A DNA stretch of 64,000 bases from Rhodothermales bacterium (GCA_041391505.1 JAWKNW010000001.1:200410-264409); one strand, 5' to 3'. Positions 30,240 through 39,969 are shown, counted from the first letter of the stretch. Numbers and translations are program-made. Notes: a model not told the origin generated them from the letters alone.

Positions 30240-32024
30240 ATGCATCTTGCCTCGATTGACTGGACGATCATCTTCGCCTTTTTCGCCGTGTCGCTTTTCG
30301 TGGGGCTCTGGTTCTCGCGCAAGGCCGGCGACAGCACGACCGACTTCTTCCTCTCGGGGCGCAGCATGCCCTGGTGGCTGCTGGGCGTCTCGATGGTCGC
30401 GACGACGTTTTCATCCGACACCCCGAACCTCGTCACCAACCTGGTGCGCGTCGACGGCGTCGCCGGCAACTGGGGCTGGTGGGCGTTTCTGCTGACGGGG
30501 ATGCTGACCGTGTTCGTCTATGCCAAGCTGTGGCGCCGGTCGCAGGTGATGACGGACATCGAGTTTTACGAACTCCGGTACAGCGGGAAGGCGGCGGCGT
30601 TTTTGCGCGGATTCAGGGCGCTCTACCTCGGCCTTATTTTTAACGTGGTCGTGATGGGCTCCGTGGCGCTGGCCGGCATCAAGTTCGGCGAAATCATCCT
30701 CGGGTGGCCGGGCTGGCTGACGCTGACGGTGGCCGGCTCGATCACCCTCGCCTACAGCACGGTCGGCGGATTGCGGGCGGTCATTATCACGGACTTCTTC
30801 CAATTCATCATCGCGATGTTCGGCTCGATCGCCGCCTGCGTCTATCTGCTCGGGATGGAACAGGTCGGCGGCCTGAGCAACCTGCTGCAGAACCCCGCCG
30901 TCTCCGACCGCCTCAGCCTGATGCCCGATTTTTCGAACCCGGAGGCCTGGGTGCCCATCCTGCTCGTCCCCATCGCGGTGCAGTGGTGGGCTTCGTATTA
31001 CCCGGGCGCCGAACCCGGCGGCGGCGGCTACATCGCCCAGCGCATCTTCTCGGCGAAGAACGAGAAACACGCCATGACGGCGACGCTGTTTTTTAATGCG
31101 GCCCACTACGCGCTGCGCCCGTGGCCGTGGATCCTGATCGCGCTCGCCTCGATCGTCGTGTTTCCGACGTTGACCGATCTGCATGCGGCCTTTCCGAATC
31201 TGCCGGCGGACAAGCTCGGCCATGACGTCGCGTACCCGGCTATGCTCACCTTCCTGCCGCCGGGGCTGCTCGGACTCGTCGCCGCGTCGCTGATCGCAGC
31301 GTTCATGTCGACGATGTCCACCCAGCTCAACCTGGGGGCATCGTACCTGGTCAACGACTTCTACCAGCGCTTCATCCGGCCCGACGCGACCCAGCGGCAA
31401 CTCGTCTGGGCCGGCCGGATTTTCACCATCGTGTCCACCGTCCTCGGGCTCGGGCTGGGCCTGCTGTTGACCGACGCCGGCCAGGCTTTCTCGCTGCTGC
31501 TCCTGCTGGGCGCCGGCACGGGGCTCATCTACATCCTGCGCTGGTTCTGGTGGCGCATCAGCGCGTACACCGAGATCGTGGCGATGATTTCCTCGATGAT
31601 CATCGCCGGCTATCTGACCTTCGTGCACGACCGGCTCGGCTTTTTGCCGATGTCGGGCTCGGCCAAGGTCGTCGTCGGCGCCCTGCTGACGACCATCGTG
31701 TGGATCGTGGCCACCTACTTCACGCCGCACGACGACGACGCGACCCTGCGCGCCTTTTACCGCCGCATCAAGCCGGGCGGCAACGGCTGGGATGCCGTGC
31801 TGGAACGCGCCCGGCTCGACGGCGACCCGATCCCGAAAGAAACCGGTCAGCTCCCGATGGAAATCCTGGGGATGCTGCTCGGCTGCATCGCAGTCTACGG
31901 GGCGCTCTTCGCCACCGGCTTTTTCATCTACGGCGAAATGACGTCGTCACTGATCGCCGGCGTGGTCAGCATCGCCTGCATCGTCGGCCTCGTCCGCATT
32001 TTCCCGAAGTTGACGTTTTTTTGA
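30240..32024 (+). CDS. sodium:solute symporter (SSF) family transporter
   Basis: 594 aa with about 13-14 TM spans. The N-terminal DFFLSGRSMPWW motif is typical of SSF permeases. Confidence 0.85.
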   Translation: MHLASIDWTIIFAFFAVSLFVGLWFSRKAGDSTTDFFLSGRSMPWWLLGVSMVATTFSSDTPNLVTNLVRVDGVAGNWGWWAFLLTGMLTVFVYAKLWRRSQVMTDIEFYELRYSGKAAAFLRGFRALYLGLIFNVVVMGSVALAGIKFGEIILGWPGWLTLTVAGSITLAYSTVGGLRAVIITDFFQFIIAMFGSIAACVYLLGMEQVGGLSNLLQNPAVSDRLSLMPDFSNPEAWVPILLVPIAVQWWASYYPGAEPGGGGYIAQRIFSAKNEKHAMTATLFFNAAHYALRPWPWILIALASIVVFPTLTDLHAAFPNLPADKLGHDVAYPAMLTFLPPGLLGLVAASLIAAFMSTMSTQLNLGASYLVNDFYQRFIRPDATQRQLVWAGRIFTIVSTVLGLGLGLLLTDAGQAFSLLLLLGAGTGLIYILRWFWWRISAYTEIVAMISSMIIAGYLTFVHDRLGFLPMSGSAKVVVGALLTTIVWIVATYFTPHDDDATLRAFYRRIKPGGNGWDAVLERARLDGDPIPKETGQLPMEILGMLLGCIAVYGALFATGFFIYGEMTSSLIAGVVSIACIVGLVRIFPKLTFF

Positions 32025-32035
32025 TCGTGGGAGTG

Positions 32036-32065
32036 GCGGGATGCAGGATGTAAGATGCAGGATGG
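32036..32065. repeat. half heptad element (G-rich arm only, GGATGCA family)
   Basis: GCGGGATGCAGGATGTAAGATGCAGGATGGG lies 12 nt after the symporter stop. There is no complementary arm nearby. A degenerate C-rich arm, CCCTATCTGCATGCTGCATCCC, sits at 37653-37674. Confidence 0.7.
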
Positions 32066-32501
32066 GTGTCGGCCGTCCTTTGAGCGGGTTATGCAGATAG
32101 TATGACCATTCCGCGAAGGAAACGGCGATAGGATGCTGTATAGCCACGTCGAGATGGCCCAGACCTGTCTACCGTATCACAAACCGGGCGACGGCGTTAG
32201 CGGGTACATACCCAAGCGCTGCGGCGCGGCTTGATTGGACAGCCGACGAACGTGCGGACGCCGGGCGGATGGTGGCGTCGCCGGCCAACGAAGCTATGGC
32301 TCTCGATGGGTTATCCCGGGTTACGCAGCGTCTGTGCCGCATTCCACGGGAAAAGCCTTCATTCGTCGCCAGGGAGCCGTCGAGGAAGCCGCTCGGAGCA
32401 GATTTCGTTTTAACCGGGGGATCACGAAGTCCCCTGCTTTACCTGAGCCGGCGATTTCGCTCTACGCCCCACCAAAAATGGCGGGCTACTTTTCTGAACC
32501 T

Positions 32502-34026
32502 TCATCTATCGGCAGCGGTGCGATAGAATACTCTTCCTATGCCGTCAAAACGACCAGGAAATTCGATAGCCGCCACATTCCCCTGATCATCGATGCGGAA
32601 TTGCGGAAACCAGGCCTCACCTCCGCTGCGAGGGTTCTTTTTATCAATTCCCCACGGACCTCTATCTACAGCACGAAATGTATCATAATGCCAGTGTTCT
32701 AGGTCCTGGGTGTAGCGACCGAGCCTCATAACTAGCCCGCCAGACTCAAGGGTAACGGTTATTGCGCCGTAAATGCTATCGGTAAATTCGCCGGTATACC
32801 CAGCTAAATCGAGTGTTGTCTGAGTATCTGGCACCTATTCCGCGCTTTGAGTCTGGCTTCTGCTCTATCTTGCAGGCTTCGATACAATGCCAGTAGATCA
32901 CGGCTCCAATCTTTTCCCGCCCCACCCAGATATTGGTCAAATACCTGATACATCAGTGCGTGCCTCAATTCAGGAGCATGGCTGTTGGCTAGTACGATGA
33001 CACCGAGGCGCTCCTCAGGTAGCAAGCCTATTAACGAGCCTGTTCCTACATGACTTCCTGTATGCATGGCAACAAAGCGCCCTCGGTAATCCTGCAAAAA
33101 CCAACCAAGACCATATGCAGTGAAATTAGGCTTTGCTTCACGAGTAGCGGCATTACTGGGAGGCAACAGAGCATTTGAGGGTGAAACAACTCAGTGAATG
33201 ACGCTGGCTCCACCAATCGATCTTGGCCTACACGCGTGCTATCCAGAAGAGCTTTAACCCAGCGCGTCATTTCAAGCAGACTCGAACGCATGCCGCCCGC
33301 TGCTCCACCAGCGGGGTAACCACGATATGCGACCACGCGCAACGTATCGTCAATAAGGCCGTGCGCCTGTGCTACCCCCTGGCTATCGGCCAATCCACGG
33401 CCGTTCGTTTTCGTGGCATGCATGCCCAACGGTCTGAGAATGTGATCCGTCACAAAGCGTTCCCATGACTGCCCGGAAACCGCCTCGATCACGGCGCCGG
33501 CGACTACATACATGTCGTTGTTATATTCCCACGTCGAGCGTAAGCTTGAAGACTGTAGTGCAAATCGCAGGCTATAGATGCCCTCTTCAGCGGTGTCAAT
33601 TAAATCCCACGGATTTGTCGGCCTTACCCCTGTGCGATGCGACAACAAATCACGGATGGTCAACTCTCGGGTGACGTAGGGATCTGCCACCTGGAAGTCG
33701 GGGAGATACGTTATGACAGGCGCATCAAGATCGACCTTGCCCTGATCAACAAGCTGCATGATCACCAGCGCTACAAAGGCTTTCGTATTCGAAGCCAGGC
33801 TGAAAAGTGTGTTCTCGTCGACCGCTTCACCTGATCGGACATCGCTGACGCCAAACCCTTGTAAAAACACCACAGAATCATCTTTGACAATGGCGACCGC
33901 CAGACCAGGAATCTGCCAGGCCTTCCGCGCCTGCTCAATATATCCATCCAATCCTTGAAGCGGAGATTCCTGCGCTCGGGCAGGTATTGCGAGAGCAGCG
34001 ACTAGCAACGCAGCGAAGAATTTCAT
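32502..34026 (-). pseudogene. beta-lactamase-family serine hydrolase with DUF3471-like C-terminal domain, interrupted by two frameshifts
   Basis: Three consecutive minus-strand ORFs together read as one protein. 33046..34026 carries a signal peptide and the SxxK motif FSLASNTKAF. 32804..33166 reads ...AYGLGWFLQDYRGRFVAMHTGSHVGTGSLIGLLPEERLGVIVLANS. 32502..34 reads ...LAGYTGEFTDSIYGAITVTLESGGLVMRLG...HWHYDTF, a DUF3471-like beta domain. The frame changes lie near 33150-33190 and 32820-32840. Confidence 0.75.
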
Positions 34027-34222
34027 AAGTGTGCCACCAAGTCTATTTTACTGTCGCAACTGATCGGAAAATCGATTAGCCCATTCCCCAATGTCACAAG
34101 CTAATACTAACCCGAGGATAATACTGTAGACCATTCGCCAGGCAGGCGACCTGCTCGGGACTCTACCCTGCCGGATCGGGATTTCGCCCTACGCCCCTCG
34201 GTCGGAAGTTTGCTTTCTGGCT

Positions 34223-34687
34223 TTACTTCACGATCATATTTCCTGCGTATTCCTCGGTAAACGTCTCCTCATATTTTGCCATTGCTGCTTTCACCTCCGG
34301 CCTTTCGGAGATAGTTCTCCACTTCGCGGATTCGTCACCTGAAAAGTAGCTGTTATGAGTGGCGAGGTCTGGAATCAAAGTGAGCATACCAAGATGCTCG
34401 GCATGTTGCCCAAAGTTCATGAAGCCTGTCATCTGCCAGGTAACTCCAGGCACAGCCTCATTAAATACATCCGAAAGCTCTTTGCCTATCTCCAGTGCCT
34501 CTTCCTTGTTTAGTTCTCCGTTGATTTCCAAAAAGCGAACAGATACGATAGTGCCTTCTGGCAATGCCGCAAACTCATTAGCACTCGGAGCCTGGGCGGT
34601 CTCAGCGACAGCAGGTTGATCGATGGCTTTTGCACATCCAAAACCAATAGCAGCTCCTAACAAAAGAGTAATAACAAAGTTTTTCAT
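34223..34687 (-). CDS. hypothetical lipoprotein
   Basis: MKNFVITLLLGAAIGFGC lipobox. 154 aa with no recognised domain. Lies in the low-GC island. Confidence 0.55.
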   Translation of the reverse strand: MKNFVITLLLGAAIGFGCAKAIDQPAVAETAQAPSANEFAALPEGTIVSVRFLEINGELNKEEALEIGKELSDVFNEAVPGVTWQMTGFMNFGQHAEHLGMLTLIPDLATHNSYFSGDESAKWRTISERPEVKAAMAKYEETFTEEYAGNMIVK

Positions 34688-35075
34688 CTTTGTAAAATCT
34701 GGTGGGTACAAAAATCGATTCAAAATAGCAACAGCGCTTTGTTATGAGATGCAATTTCAGTACAGAAATTGGCCGCGATGACGAAACGGAACGTTTCTGT
34801 ACAAGAATATCTGCCTGAACGGGTCAAATAGCAAGCTTTTGACCCCAGTTCGTAAATCCCGCCGGAAAGCGAAGTCCTTCTTTCTGGGCGCCTCTCCCCC
34901 ACTCGCCAGGCCCTTCAGCGCCCCGAGCCCCTATATTATAAGGCATCCCCGTGCTCGGAGCCCGACCGGTTTCCGCGAGGCCTCGGCAAACAGATCGCCC
35001 GCCTGGGCCCCCTACCCCGCCATTTCGTGGTTCGCCCGCCCAGTTGGTAATTATTCAAAAAAACGCGGTTTACTG

Positions 35076-37289
35076 TTATAACATCAATGGCAATGAGCGA
35101 ATCCGCTTCCTTGTGGCTGCAAAGTAAGCGTTTGCAAGAGCAGGAGCCACTGGAGGCAACGCAGGCTCGCCCAATCCCATCGGTTCGGCCTCATTCTCGA
35201 TGAAGTGGACTTCTATTGATTCTGGGGCTCTATTGATACGAAGAAGAGAATAATCGTGAAAGTTACCCTGGGAGACTCGTCCTTCAGAAAGCACGATTCC
35301 TCCATAAAGCGCCGATGATATCCCATCAACGATTCCCCCTTCAATCTGTGCTTTTGCTCCATTAGGATTGATCACCCTGCCGCAATCTACAGCCGCAACC
35401 ACCCGATGGATCTTTAGTTCGTTCTCAGGGGTCACCGACACTTCAAAAATTTCTGCTACATACGAACCAAAGGTGGCCTGACACGCAATCCCCCTCACTC
35501 TGCCCTCTGGCAATGGATTTCCCCAGTCAGCTTTTTCGGCGGCCAGTTCAAGCACCGCTTTCATGGGCGCCAGCCCCCTGCCTGGCGAATAGCTATAGGA
35601 ATTACCCACGTTCTCATCGTTTTGCCTGTCGAGCAATTCCAAGCGATATTCGAGTGGATCTTTTCCTGCAACGGCCGCTAGCTCATCAACAAAACTTTCC
35701 CTTGCAAACGTAGCTGGAGGATACATGACCGCACGCCACCAACCCAGGGGCATTTGTGCTGCAATGGGCTGGAACTCTACCTGATAATTGGGGATGTGAT
35801 ACGGTGCATCCCCATACCCCAGGCCAACTCCTCCTGTCTGTCCGTACATCGAAAAGTTCATGTCAGTTTCGGCAAATCGATGAAGCACTGCATTGGGAAA
35901 TCCCTGATTGTCAAGCGTCGCTTCCAGGTGATGGAGGCTCATCGGCCGATAAAAGTCGTGCTGTATATCGTCCTCTCGTGTCCATACCACCTTGACAGGT
36001 GCTCCAGCTGCCTTCGAGACAATCGCGGCTTCAACAGAGAAGTCTGGTATGATTCTTCGGCCAAAGCCGCCGCCCATCAAGGTTACATTTATCTGGATGT
36101 TTGATTGAGGAATATCCAGTGCATCCGCTACAGCCTGTGCTGCTAAAAAAGGAGCTTGCGTTGGAGCCCAAAGCCGACATCCTTCGTCTGTCACGTGGGC
36201 TGTGCAATTCATTGGCTCCATCGTCACATGAGCCAGGAATGGCACTTCATAATCAGCGATTATTTTCGAGGAGCTATCTTTCAGAGCACCCTCGATATTG
36301 CCCCGGTTGAATACAACTGGACATGAATCGCTCAAAGCCGCTTCCATCTGCTGTTTGATTCCATCGGTACTCAAGTCGCTTACTGACTCAGTATCCCATT
36401 CTACCTTCAATGCCTCGCGGCCTTTCATCGCGGCCCAGGTATCCTCTGCAATGATCGCAACGCCACTCGCTATTCGAGTTGCTATGGGTTTCGTTCCCCA
36501 TCCCCCCTTAAGGCGCTCTTCAGCGACGGAGGTTGGGCCAGCTGGAATTTCAACGATAGCAAGAACACCAGGAATCTGAAGAGCTGCCTTATCATCATAA
36601 TTAGCCAACGTCCCACCGAATACTGGACATCGCTCGATAACGGCGTACCGCATACCGGGAATCTTTACATCCAGTCCATAGGTAGCCCTACCGGTCACGA
36701 TATCCGGGACATCCTGCCCTTTTGTAGCAAGACCGACGATCTTAAAATCATCGGAAGACTTAAGGGGCGCTTCTTCGGGAACCGGTAATGTGGCCGCTGT
36801 ATTAACGAGCTCCCCGTAGCGTAATGCGCGGCCATCTGTATGAGTGATAACGCCTTGCTCCGCACGACACTGCGATGGCGTCGCCCCCCAGGTTTGGGCC
36901 GCGGCTGCTATCAGCAATTCGCGCACCAAAGCTCCCGCCTTTCTCAACTCTCCCCATCGGTAGCGGATCGTTCCGCTACCGCCTGTGCTCTGGTTTCCAT
37001 ACTGTTCTCCCAGAGGTGCTTGCGAGACGATGACATTCGTCCAATCTGCTTCCAATTCCTCTGCGACGACCATGGCCAGCGAGGTGCGAACGCCCTGGCC
37101 CATTTCAGAATTGGGGATCGTAATGGTTACCGTACTATTCGAATCAATCTGTATAAAAGCACTTGGAGCTATCGATACATTCGCAGCCTTCGATTCCGGA
37201 ATCGTGCACGCGGGCAGATATAGTCCGGCCAAAAGACCGCCGGTAGAAGCTGTACTTATCCTAATGAAGTTACGCCGATCAATGTTCAT
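35076..37289 (-). CDS. xanthine-dehydrogenase-family molybdopterin-binding subunit (IorB/aldehyde-oxidoreductase beta-like) with Tat signal
   Basis: Start MNIDRRNFIRISTASTGGLLAG (twin-arginine signal). SEMGQGVRTSLAMVVAEELEADW, TGGSGTIRY, GGGFGRR. About 737 aa. The track start at 37376 is a possible N-terminal extension. Confidence 0.85.
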   Translation of the reverse strand: MNIDRRNFIRISTASTGGLLAGLYLPACTIPESKAANVSIAPSAFIQIDSNSTVTITIPNSEMGQGVRTSLAMVVAEELEADWTNVIVSQAPLGEQYGNQSTGGSGTIRYRWGELRKAGALVRELLIAAAAQTWGATPSQCRAEQGVITHTDGRALRYGELVNTAATLPVPEEAPLKSSDDFKIVGLATKGQDVPDIVTGRATYGLDVKIPGMRYAVIERCPVFGGTLANYDDKAALQIPGVLAIVEIPAGPTSVAEERLKGGWGTKPIATRIASGVAIIAEDTWAAMKGREALKVEWDTESVSDLSTDGIKQQMEAALSDSCPVVFNRGNIEGALKDSSSKIIADYEVPFLAHVTMEPMNCTAHVTDEGCRLWAPTQAPFLAAQAVADALDIPQSNIQINVTLMGGGFGRRIIPDFSVEAAIVSKAAGAPVKVVWTREDDIQHDFYRPMSLHHLEATLDNQGFPNAVLHRFAETDMNFSMYGQTGGVGLGYGDAPYHIPNYQVEFQPIAAQMPLGWWRAVMYPPATFARESFVDELAAVAGKDPLEYRLELLDRQNDENVGNSYSYSPGRGLAPMKAVLELAAEKADWGNPLPEGRVRGIACQATFGSYVAEIFEVSVTPENELKIHRVVAAVDCGRVINPNGAKAQIEGGIVDGISSALYGGIVLSEGRVSQGNFHDYSLLRINRAPESIEVHFIENEAEPMGLGEPALPPVAPALANAYFAATRKRIRSLPLML

Positions 37290-37737
37290 TTTTCCTGCGG
37301 GCGATGGAGGAAAATCAATTCGAGGCCTTAGCCAATCAATTGCGGAATCTTGTTGCTCATTGCTCCCAGCTTCCATTTCGTCAATGCGTACAAATAAGAA
37401 AGAGGGTAAACAAGAGAATAGAAGATAAGAGGGGTTTCATCGGCTATACCAATTGGTGGGAATTAGCATTTAATTTATTTAAGCTATACAGATGGGTTAA
37501 CAGAAGCAATTACAATGGTGCATTCTGGCCGCGATAGCGAAGAAATCCCCCCTATTATAACTCTCTATCACCGACAACGGCAACAAAAACTTCCATTTGT
37601 TCGCTGCGTCTGCGCATTCGCGACGTCGGAAGGTTATGGACAGATTGGCATTCCCTATCTGCATGCTGCATCCCAGCGGCCTATACCCAATAATCGGTTC
37701 GCCCCGCGCATGCGCCCAGAGATCGGGCCGGCCCGGA

Positions 37738-39069
37738 TTACGGGACCTCAACCATGTACCCCGCCGGCGGACCGGGTCGCGATTCGAACACGCCGGCCTG
37801 GCTCCTCTCCGGAAAAACCGCGCGATAGCTGTCCAGCCACCGCGTACGGAAGCGGGTCGCCTCGTGCGCCGGCACCAGCGCCCATACGGCTCCGCCGAAG
37901 CCGGCCCCGAACGCCGACGCCGCCAGGGCCCCGTGCGAGCGAGCCAGCTGCGCCAGCGCCACGGTCTCGGGCACCTGATTCCCGAGCAGCGATTCCGCCA
38001 GGGCCTGGGACCGGTCCACCACGTCGCCCAGCACGGACCAATCGTGCCGCACAAACGCCTCGAACGCCGCCGGCACCAGCTCGCCGTGCTCGGCCCAGAA
38101 ATGACGGAAACGCCGTGCCAGCGGCGCGTCGCCCTCAAGCAACCGCTCCATGGCCGCAGGCGAAAAGCCCGGCGACTCCACGATCGTCCGAAGCCGCTGC
38201 CACGGCTGGCCGTGCGCCGCGCACCAGCGCTCGGCGATCCGGTTCGCCCTGGCGCTGGCCTCGTTGTAGGCCGCCCGCGCGGCGCCGGTTTTCTGCGCCT
38301 CGACACCCGACAGCGCCACGACGAACGTGAGGTCCTCCGGCAGCGACGCCATGCCGGCCCGCGCCATCGGCGCGTAGCGGAACCGGCTGACGGCTCCGGC
38401 CACGCTGCAACAGATCGCCGCGTGATCCTGGCTGCCGCCGAACGTCCCTACCCCCTGTTCGCCGGCCAGCGTCCGGAAGGTCTGTCCGTTCTCGATGTGC
38501 CCCAGGAAATCCGCCCTGTCCAGGTCGGTCGCGATGACCGCGCGGTACCGCGCATCGCGTTCGAATCCGTAGACAGCGCTAAGGGCGAGAAACGTCCCGA
38601 CCATCAGCGCGCTCGAGCTGCTGAGGCCGGCATCCGCCGGCAGGGTGCTCTCGAACAGGATGCGGACGCCCGACGCGAACGGCCCAACATGCGTGTTTAA
38701 CCGATTCCACACCGTCGACGGGTAGCGGCCCCATGCCGGCGACCCCGGTTGGGAGGCCCGCAGGTCGATCTGCTCGCCACGGGCGGCATCCTCGATGGTC
38801 GCCGCGGCCGTGTCGACGGCAGCGACCAGCATGCAGAAGCCGCGCTCCACGGCGCAGACGAGGCTGTCGCCCCCGGCATAGTCGGTATGTTTGCCCAGCA
38901 CCTCGATCCGGCCCGGCACAAAAAGCGCCGCCGAAGGCGCGTCGCCCATGCGGCCGGCGAGGCGTGCGAAGACGCCGGCGTGGAGCGCCGCGGCGCGATC
39001 GGAGAGGCCGTATTGCCGCAATCGAGCCTGCCAGTCGCCTCCATCTGTAAAATCTTTCCAGCTTGCCAT
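37738..39069 (-). CDS. galactokinase-family GHMP kinase
   Basis: 443 aa. Galactokinase signature VPGRIEVLGKHTDYAGG and GHMP ATP motif LPADAGLSSSSALMVG. Confidence 0.8.
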   Translation of the reverse strand: MASWKDFTDGGDWQARLRQYGLSDRAAALHAGVFARLAGRMGDAPSAALFVPGRIEVLGKHTDYAGGDSLVCAVERGFCMLVAAVDTAAATIEDAARGEQIDLRASQPGSPAWGRYPSTVWNRLNTHVGPFASGVRILFESTLPADAGLSSSSALMVGTFLALSAVYGFERDARYRAVIATDLDRADFLGHIENGQTFRTLAGEQGVGTFGGSQDHAAICCSVAGAVSRFRYAPMARAGMASLPEDLTFVVALSGVEAQKTGAARAAYNEASARANRIAERWCAAHGQPWQRLRTIVESPGFSPAAMERLLEGDAPLARRFRHFWAEHGELVPAAFEAFVRHDWSVLGDVVDRSQALAESLLGNQVPETVALAQLARSHGALAASAFGAGFGGAVWALVPAHEATRFRTRWLDSYRAVFPERSQAGVFESRPGPPAGYMVEVP

Positions 39070-39077
39070 AGCCTCCC

Positions 39078-39104
39078 TTAAGCCCTTCGCTTTTCGGTCG
39101 ATAC
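39078..39104 (+). promoter_or_regulatory. sigma-28 (FliA)-type promoter upstream of the flagellin gene
   Basis: TTAAG-N14-GTCGATAC against the consensus TAAA-N15-GCCGATAA. It lies 65 nt upstream of the ATG at 39169 and is 22/27 identical to the second site at 40014-40040. Confidence 0.65.
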
Positions 39105-39168
39105 CCCCAACGGGTTGTATTGCCTCCCCTTTTCACCGGCGAGCCCTTCGCCCCTTCCCCCGAAATGT

Positions 39169-39969
39169 ATGGAGATGACCCTGGCCAGCGCCACGACGCA
39201 GCGGGCCGCCCTGGAGCTGGCGAAGAACCAGCAGGACCAGTCCGCCGCCTTGCTTCGCATGTCGACCGCGCAAAAGATAAACAGCGCGGCGGAAGATGCG
39301 GTAAACCTGGCGCTGTCGACCGGTTTTCGCGCGCAGATCGCGACCCTCGATCAATCCGCCGCCAATACGTACGACGCCATCAGCTACTCCGAGACGGCCG
39401 GAAGCACCCTCGACGGGGCGGCCGACCTCCTGATGCGCGCCGAAGAGCTTTCGGTCCGCGCCGCCAACGATACCCTCGGCGAAGACGAACGCGCCCTGAT
39501 CAACAGCGAGCTGGAGACCATCAAGGGCTCGCTGAACGACCTCGCCGCACAGGCCGGCCCCGGCGGTCGCGCCCCATTCGGCAACGCCTTCTCGGTCTAT
39601 ACCGGGCAGGACCTCGAGACCCTCAGCCTGGATGGCATCGACGCCGAGTCGCTCGGGATCGACGGCATCGGCGCAGGCAGTGCCTCCGAAGCAGCGGCAT
39701 CGCTCGGCGCGCTGGATAACGCCCTGAACAGCGTCCTCCAGGAGCACGGCAAGGTGTCGACCTTCGCCGGCAGCATGGCGATCCGATCTGAGCAGCTCGG
39801 CCGGCAGTCGATCGACACCCGCGCGGCTCTCTCGCGCGTGGCCGACGCGGATTTCGCGAAGGAAGCGTCCAACCTGGCGATTTCGTCGATCAAGGCGGAC
39901 GCCAGCATGACGGCCATGGTCCACACCCAGCGCACGATGCAGTCCTTTTTCCAGAGCCTGTTCGGCTGA
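39169..39969 (+). CDS. fliC: flagellin (short, about 266 aa)
   Basis: The N-domain RMSTAQKINSAAEDAVNLALSTGFRAQIATLDQSAANTYDAISYSETAGSTLDGAADLLMRAEELSVRAANDT parallels RLSSGLRINSAADDAAGLAIS..QI.GL.QA.RNA.DGIS..QTAEGAL.E....LQR.REL.VQAAN. The C-domain has VADADFAKEASNLAISSIKADASMTAMVHTQRTMQSFFQSLFG. The start could instead be the ATG at 39175. Confidence 0.8.
   Translation: MEMTLASATTQRAALELAKNQQDQSAALLRMSTAQKINSAAEDAVNLALSTGFRAQIATLDQSAANTYDAISYSETAGSTLDGAADLLMRAEELSVRAANDTLGEDERALINSELETIKGSLNDLAAQAGPGGRAPFGNAFSVYTGQDLETLSLDGIDAESLGIDGIGAGSASEAAASLGALDNALNSVLQEHGKVSTFAGSMAIRSEQLGRQSIDTRAALSRVADADFAKEASNLAISSIKADASMTAMVHTQRTMQSFFQSLFG

Noticed and set aside
32070-32400. Remnant integrase or transposase in the ORF-free, GC-richer left part of the island
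   Set aside because: I translated both strands by eye and found no recognisable recombinase motifs or long frames.
32400-35075. Calling the island spacers attC sites (integron cassettes)
   Set aside because: I looked for RYYYAAC/GTTRRRY core pairs flanking imperfect hairpins and found none convincing. No intI is in the window. I kept this only as a low-confidence hypothesis in the findings.
37497-38700. Several Arg-rich ORFs (37497..38306 -, 37515..38330 +, 37597..38700 +) over the GHMP kinase gene
   Set aside because: Only the 37738..39069 minus frame carries the galactokinase and GHMP signatures. The others are compositional artefacts.
39169-39969. Alternative call as hook-associated protein FlgL rather than flagellin
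   Set aside because: The INSAAEDA segment and the adjacent FliS chaperone favour flagellin. FlgL usually shows a DDP motif at that position. A profile search is needed to be certain.
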